This document shows positions 59,432 to 64,000 of a DNA stretch of 64,000 nt, piece by piece (within the stretch, counting starts at the first letter, position 1; every line of letters begins with the position of its first letter). The DNA is taken from NCBI GenBank assembly GCA_020137815.1, contig CM035357.1, forward strand, positions 4,712,001-4,776,000, given 5' to 3'. A model generated the notes under the pieces. The model saw nothing but the letters and a program-made list of their open reading frames with translations. It ran no database searches and was not told the DNA's origin. Made by a program: the position numbers and the translations under genes. Source of the stretch: Hormiphora californensis. Its lineage: Eukaryota; Animalia; Ctenophora.

Positions 59432-62400
59432 TTAATTAAGTTTATCGTTATATAACTTTGACAAGAAAAGATCAAAACACTCTTTCAAGTTGCGTTCAGT
59501 AATTCTAATGTCCTGGGGAGACAAGTTCTCAAAACGGCTGTCTCTTACAAGTTCTTGCATCCCTTCAGCCAAGGCATTAATTGTCTCACGTCGATCGACT
59601 GGGTGTTGGGCCTCCTCACTTTCATCTTTATCTCCATCATCGGACGGGTGCGGGATAACATCGTTTTGAAGGTTATCAGGTTGCACTGTGTTATTCACCT
59701 CTCTGTCTTGCACAGGCACTGCTTTGCTCTCATGTGCTTCCACCTGTGTAATAAAATCAGCGATAAAATTAGACTCTCTGAGCTAAATATTAATACAGTC
59801 GGACCCCGATTTACCGGGATGCTCGGGGGAAAGGTTTTTGCCCGGTAAATCGGGGTGCCCGGTATATCGGGGTAAAATATTGTTAATTGCCTAAGTATTT
59901 CGGGGGAAGATTATCCTCCCGGTAAATCGGGGTTCTGGTAAATCGGGGCCCGGTATATCGGGGTCCGACTGTACATCATACTATTATTAAAGCAAATAGG
60001 GAAATGATGAGTGATGGTTTTTTTACCAAATATGGCACAAAATTCCTGGAAATGGTCATTTGCACGTGTTGTCCCTAGAAGGACCCTGGCAACCTGCCAG
60101 CTTGAGCCTTAAACTGCACGTGCATCCTTGATTCATCTCTCTGCCGGTTGCGTGATTGATCGTTTGGTCGATTTAATCTGTTCACCCCCTGTTCACCACG
60201 TTTCGTGAACATGACTACTCAATTTCAACACAATCGCCAGCGAGTTTGGAGGAGCCATATGTCCCAAACTGGCGCTAACGCCTATAGACTACGTGATAGA
60301 ATCCTACAAAAGAGGTGATTATTATTCAAAAAATGTTGTCAACACACGTAATAACAAAGTATCAATGGCACTAATAAGAAATGGCAGTAATACGTGAAAG
60401 TATTTTGCAAATGTGCTCCTTCATAAAATACTTCAGGACCTGGCAAAAGAGGACCCGTGGTTTTTCTGTCGAAAGAATCGCTGTGGTTAATTTACCTGAT
60501 AAATTTACTGATTTTAAAAATTTCAAATGATACTACACTTTTTGCTTAGTTTACTGTATGACCATTGACCATCCCCGACATCTCGTAACTATAAATCATC
60601 CTCAGAGAAATCAGGTGCTCGTTTTATAAGAAGAGGAGGGGACGAGGTGCGTCAAACCCCCCATAAAATCTATGAGACATAGTTGTATACAACTATATGG
60701 CTCGAAAAGAAATGTGACATCATTAGGTTCTATGAGCCACAGCTAGGTGCGTCAAACCCCCCATAAAATCTATGAGACATAGTTGTATACAACTATATGG
60801 CTCGAAAAGAAATGTGACATCATTAGGTTCTATGAGCCACAGCTAGTGAGAGACTAGAGAGGGACGTCGAAAGATGCCATAGTTAGTTTTCCATGAGATA
60901 GGTAAATCAAATAAAAATATTTATGACATGAACTTACCACATTGGAAGACGAAGGAACTACAACTCTTTTCCCAGTTTTCTCCTTTACCTGAAGGAATAT
61001 ACACCAGTTAGTCACCACTAAATAATTGTGTAGGCTAAATAGGGGAAAGGGTGCTGCCCGAAATCAAAACCTCCCTACATCAAATGGGGACCAAATATAT
61101 TGGTACGATCGCCCTATTGCCCTATACTAGTAATATCTAATATCTAGAAGTACAGATTCAATTTTCAAAATATCTTTCCCGGCTAGATCTGGGAAAAATT
61201 CGGCCTATTGTAACCCACCTGAGATGGCAGATCAAAATTCTCGTTATCATGTTGCATTGTTTTCCTCCTCTTCTTCTTCTTCACCTCTCTGTCTTGCACA
61301 AGCAATGGTTTGCTCTTGTATGATTCCACCTATAATGTAGTAAAATCAGCGATAAAATTAGACTCTCTGAACTAAATCATGGTCAGAGGAGGGCCGGAGG
61401 GGACGTGAATAACAGGTTAATTCAGTCTCACAATAGACAGAAACAACATTATATATATATATATTACGGGTGGGGGCCGGGGGTTCAAGATTTATTTAGA
61501 GTGTCGGATAACATGTTAATTCAGCATCACATAACGGGTGGGGAGGGGTCAAGATTTAACTAGAGTGACGCTGTGTTACACCGTTACATGTCTTTCAGTA
61601 ACATGTCTCACCTGAGATGGCAGATCAAGATTTCCATTATCGGGATGCACTGTCTTCTTCTTCACCTCTCTGTCTTGTACAGGCGCTTGTTTGCTCTTGT
61701 ATGATTCGACCTAGGCAAAAACTGTGTAATAAAATCAGCGATTAAATCCTTAATTATAAAGTAGAAATAAGTGGCGTGGTGATGAGGAGTGTGATGTCCT
61801 ATCCACACGTGCACATAGAGGGGAGGTGCCCTGGGCCGGGAGGAGTATGGGAGGCTGCACGGGAAGTCTGTCTACGAGCCACAGCTAGTGAGAGGGACGT
61901 GAGAGGGAAGTAAGAGGGACGTGAGAAGGGATGTAAGATGCTGATGCATGAAACCGGAAATACCGCTATTGTCTTGGTGACTCTAGTGAGGTAATGCTAC
62001 CATGTTAACCCCAAGCCTCATAAGATAGTGTATCATGAGAGGGACGTAAGAGGGATGTGAATTGATGAGTAATAGAATAGAATTGATATACAGTCGGACC
62101 CCGATGCCCGGGGGAAAGGGTTTTGCCCGGTAAATCGGGGTGCCCGGTATATCGGGGTCAAAATACCGTTAATTTCCTATATCGGGGGAAGTTTATCGTC
62201 CCGGTAAATCGGGGTTCCGGTAAATCGGGGTCCGGTAAATCGGGGTCCGACTGTAACGGTTAAATATCATGCCCCAAAAGTCGAAAGATGCCATAGTTAG
62301 TTTTCCATGAGATAAATCAAATAAAAATATTTATGACATGAACTTACCACATTGGAAGACGAAGGAACTAAAACTCTTTTCCCAGTTTTCTCCTTTACCT

Positions 62401-62800
62401 GAAGGAATATACACCGGTTAGTCACCACTAAATAATTGTGTAGGGGAAAGGGTGCTGCCCGAAATCCAAACTTCCCTACATCAAATGGGGATGAAATTTG
62501 GGGGAGGGAGAATTTAAAGGAAGCAAATCTGAAGCAGCCGAAATTGAGTAGGCATCTGTTAACGATAACTCACCCTGTGAAGCAGCCAAAATTCATCCAT
62601 TGCAGTGAATTGTTGAATCATGTACATATTATATTATATGTGAACTGTTATGCGAGCCATGCCAAGCAGATGTCTGATTGTCAATAATATATATTCTGTA
62701 CAACATGCTGAACAGGTGTCTCTTTGTGATGTTCAAGGGCACTTACCAGTCTAATACCATGACAAGTGTGCATCAGGACCTGTATTTTGGGGAATCCCAC
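59432..62800 (-). CDS. Uncharacterised gene with tandemly duplicated small exons (VE.xxSK...VQDREV), 3' part only
   Basis: Terminal exon 59743-59432; paralogous exons ~61330-61219 and ~61710-61612; duplicated micro-exons ~60988-60938 and ~62398-62348, all with AG/GT borders. Confidence 0.45.
60646..60846. repeat. ~100-bp perfect tandem duplication
   Basis: aggtgcgtcaaaccccccataaaat...gagccacagct repeated twice. Confidence 0.9.
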
Positions 62801-62852
62801 TGACAAGTGTGCATCAGAGTGAGTCATCTTACTTACATCATACTATCCGTCC

Positions 62853-63030
<178 letters not shown>

Positions 63031-63474
63031 AGAGAGAGAAAAAGAGAAAGAGAAAGACCACGAGGACTGTCAATAAAGTTTTCTATAAATTTGAGATCGG
63101 TAAGATCGCCCGAGTTTCTAGTTTAAGATATTAGAGAACATTTGATATGATTTAGTGTGATATTTGGTATTGTTATCTGTATTTGCACAAACCCCAAACT
63201 GTAGTATAACTTTGTGCCATTGACTATATAAAGCCGTGAGCCTTTGCTGATGCATGAAACCGGAAATACCGCTATTGTCTTGGTGACTCTAGTGAGGTAA
63301 TGCTACCATGTTAACCCCAAGCCTCATAAGATAGTGTAGCATTGCAACATGTACCATTGTACCCATACACATATCTCACATAAAGAGAGAAAGAGAAATG
63401 AACACAAGCTAGTTTTCCAGGACCTCTAGATCTTGAGTTGTGGAGAGAGAAATGAACACAAGCTAGTTCACTAC

Positions 63475-63665
63475 GGTGGCAGATTCCGGCCAAGAGTTTT
63501 TCCAATCAAGTGAAATTATAAAAACTTTATGTCAAAATAAAAATAAACATGTCGTTAAAATTGTTGGCCGGAATCTGCCACGCGAGTGGCAGATCTCGGC
63601 CAAGATTCTAAAAAAACCTTGGCCAGAATCTGCCGGCTGCCGTGCACGTGACAGATTCCGGCCAA
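63475..63665. repeat. Alternating inverted repeats (gtggcagattccggccaa / ttggccggaatctgccac)
   Basis: Five motif copies in alternating orientation. Confidence 0.65.
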
Positions 63666-64000
63666 CACACTGAAACTTACTTATATCAAGGCGAAAACCG
63701 CTATACCTGACTAATTTGGATACGCTGAATCACGTAAAAACTTTTCCGATCCCTCCGAGGTCGGGAATTTGCCCTAATTGAGCAATTAAGACCAATTAGA
63801 CCTAATTATACTCAATTAGGGCAAATTTCCGACCTCGGAGGGCTTTGAAAAGTTGCTTACGTGATTCAGAGTATCAAAATTAGTCGGAAAAGTGCCGTCT
63901 CATAAGCGTCTATCGTTTCCAGGTGAAAAGTTGTAAGTTGGGTCAATTATACCCTATTATGCTCAATTAGGACACTTTCCCGACCCTTGAGTGATTGGAA

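Noticed and set aside
62570-62800. Possible Ulp1-type protease exons
   Set aside because: Motif resemblance needs several assumed frameshifts; cannot be supported

Overview
Eukaryotic, intron-rich animal DNA, most likely from a ctenophore (Pleurobrachia-like). This is inferred from a ctenophore-type spliced-leader (SL) sequence and a ctenophore-expanded WDL..TPL.IKT.S...DTASDFY extracellular domain, both recognised from memory. The assembly has many 1-bp indel frameshifts and some garbled homopolymer-rich stretches. Genes reconstructed by hand from GT-AG exons: the 3' end of RMND5/GID2 (+); six co-oriented minus-strand genes (AMT/GcvT, a BC-box/LRR protein, an orphan type-I membrane protein, DPM3, calpain-15/SOL, DAPP1-like SH2-PH adaptor), the first five only ~0.3-0.8 kb apart; an 88-aa secreted orphan peptide (+); two secreted-protein genes nested antisense in introns; an NRF-6-like acyltransferase (+); and an uncharacterised exon-repeat gene (-). 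Mobile DNA: one full-length L2/Crack-like LINE, two CR1-like RT fragments, a non-coding LTR element with PBS, PPT and TSD, and many MITE/foldback elements. Top observation: the full-length LINE begins exactly with a ~44-nt SL-like sequence (36506-36549, minus strand) placed directly before ORF1. This suggests a promoter-less retrotransposon whose RNA is SL trans-spliced, sitting inside an operon-like gene cluster.
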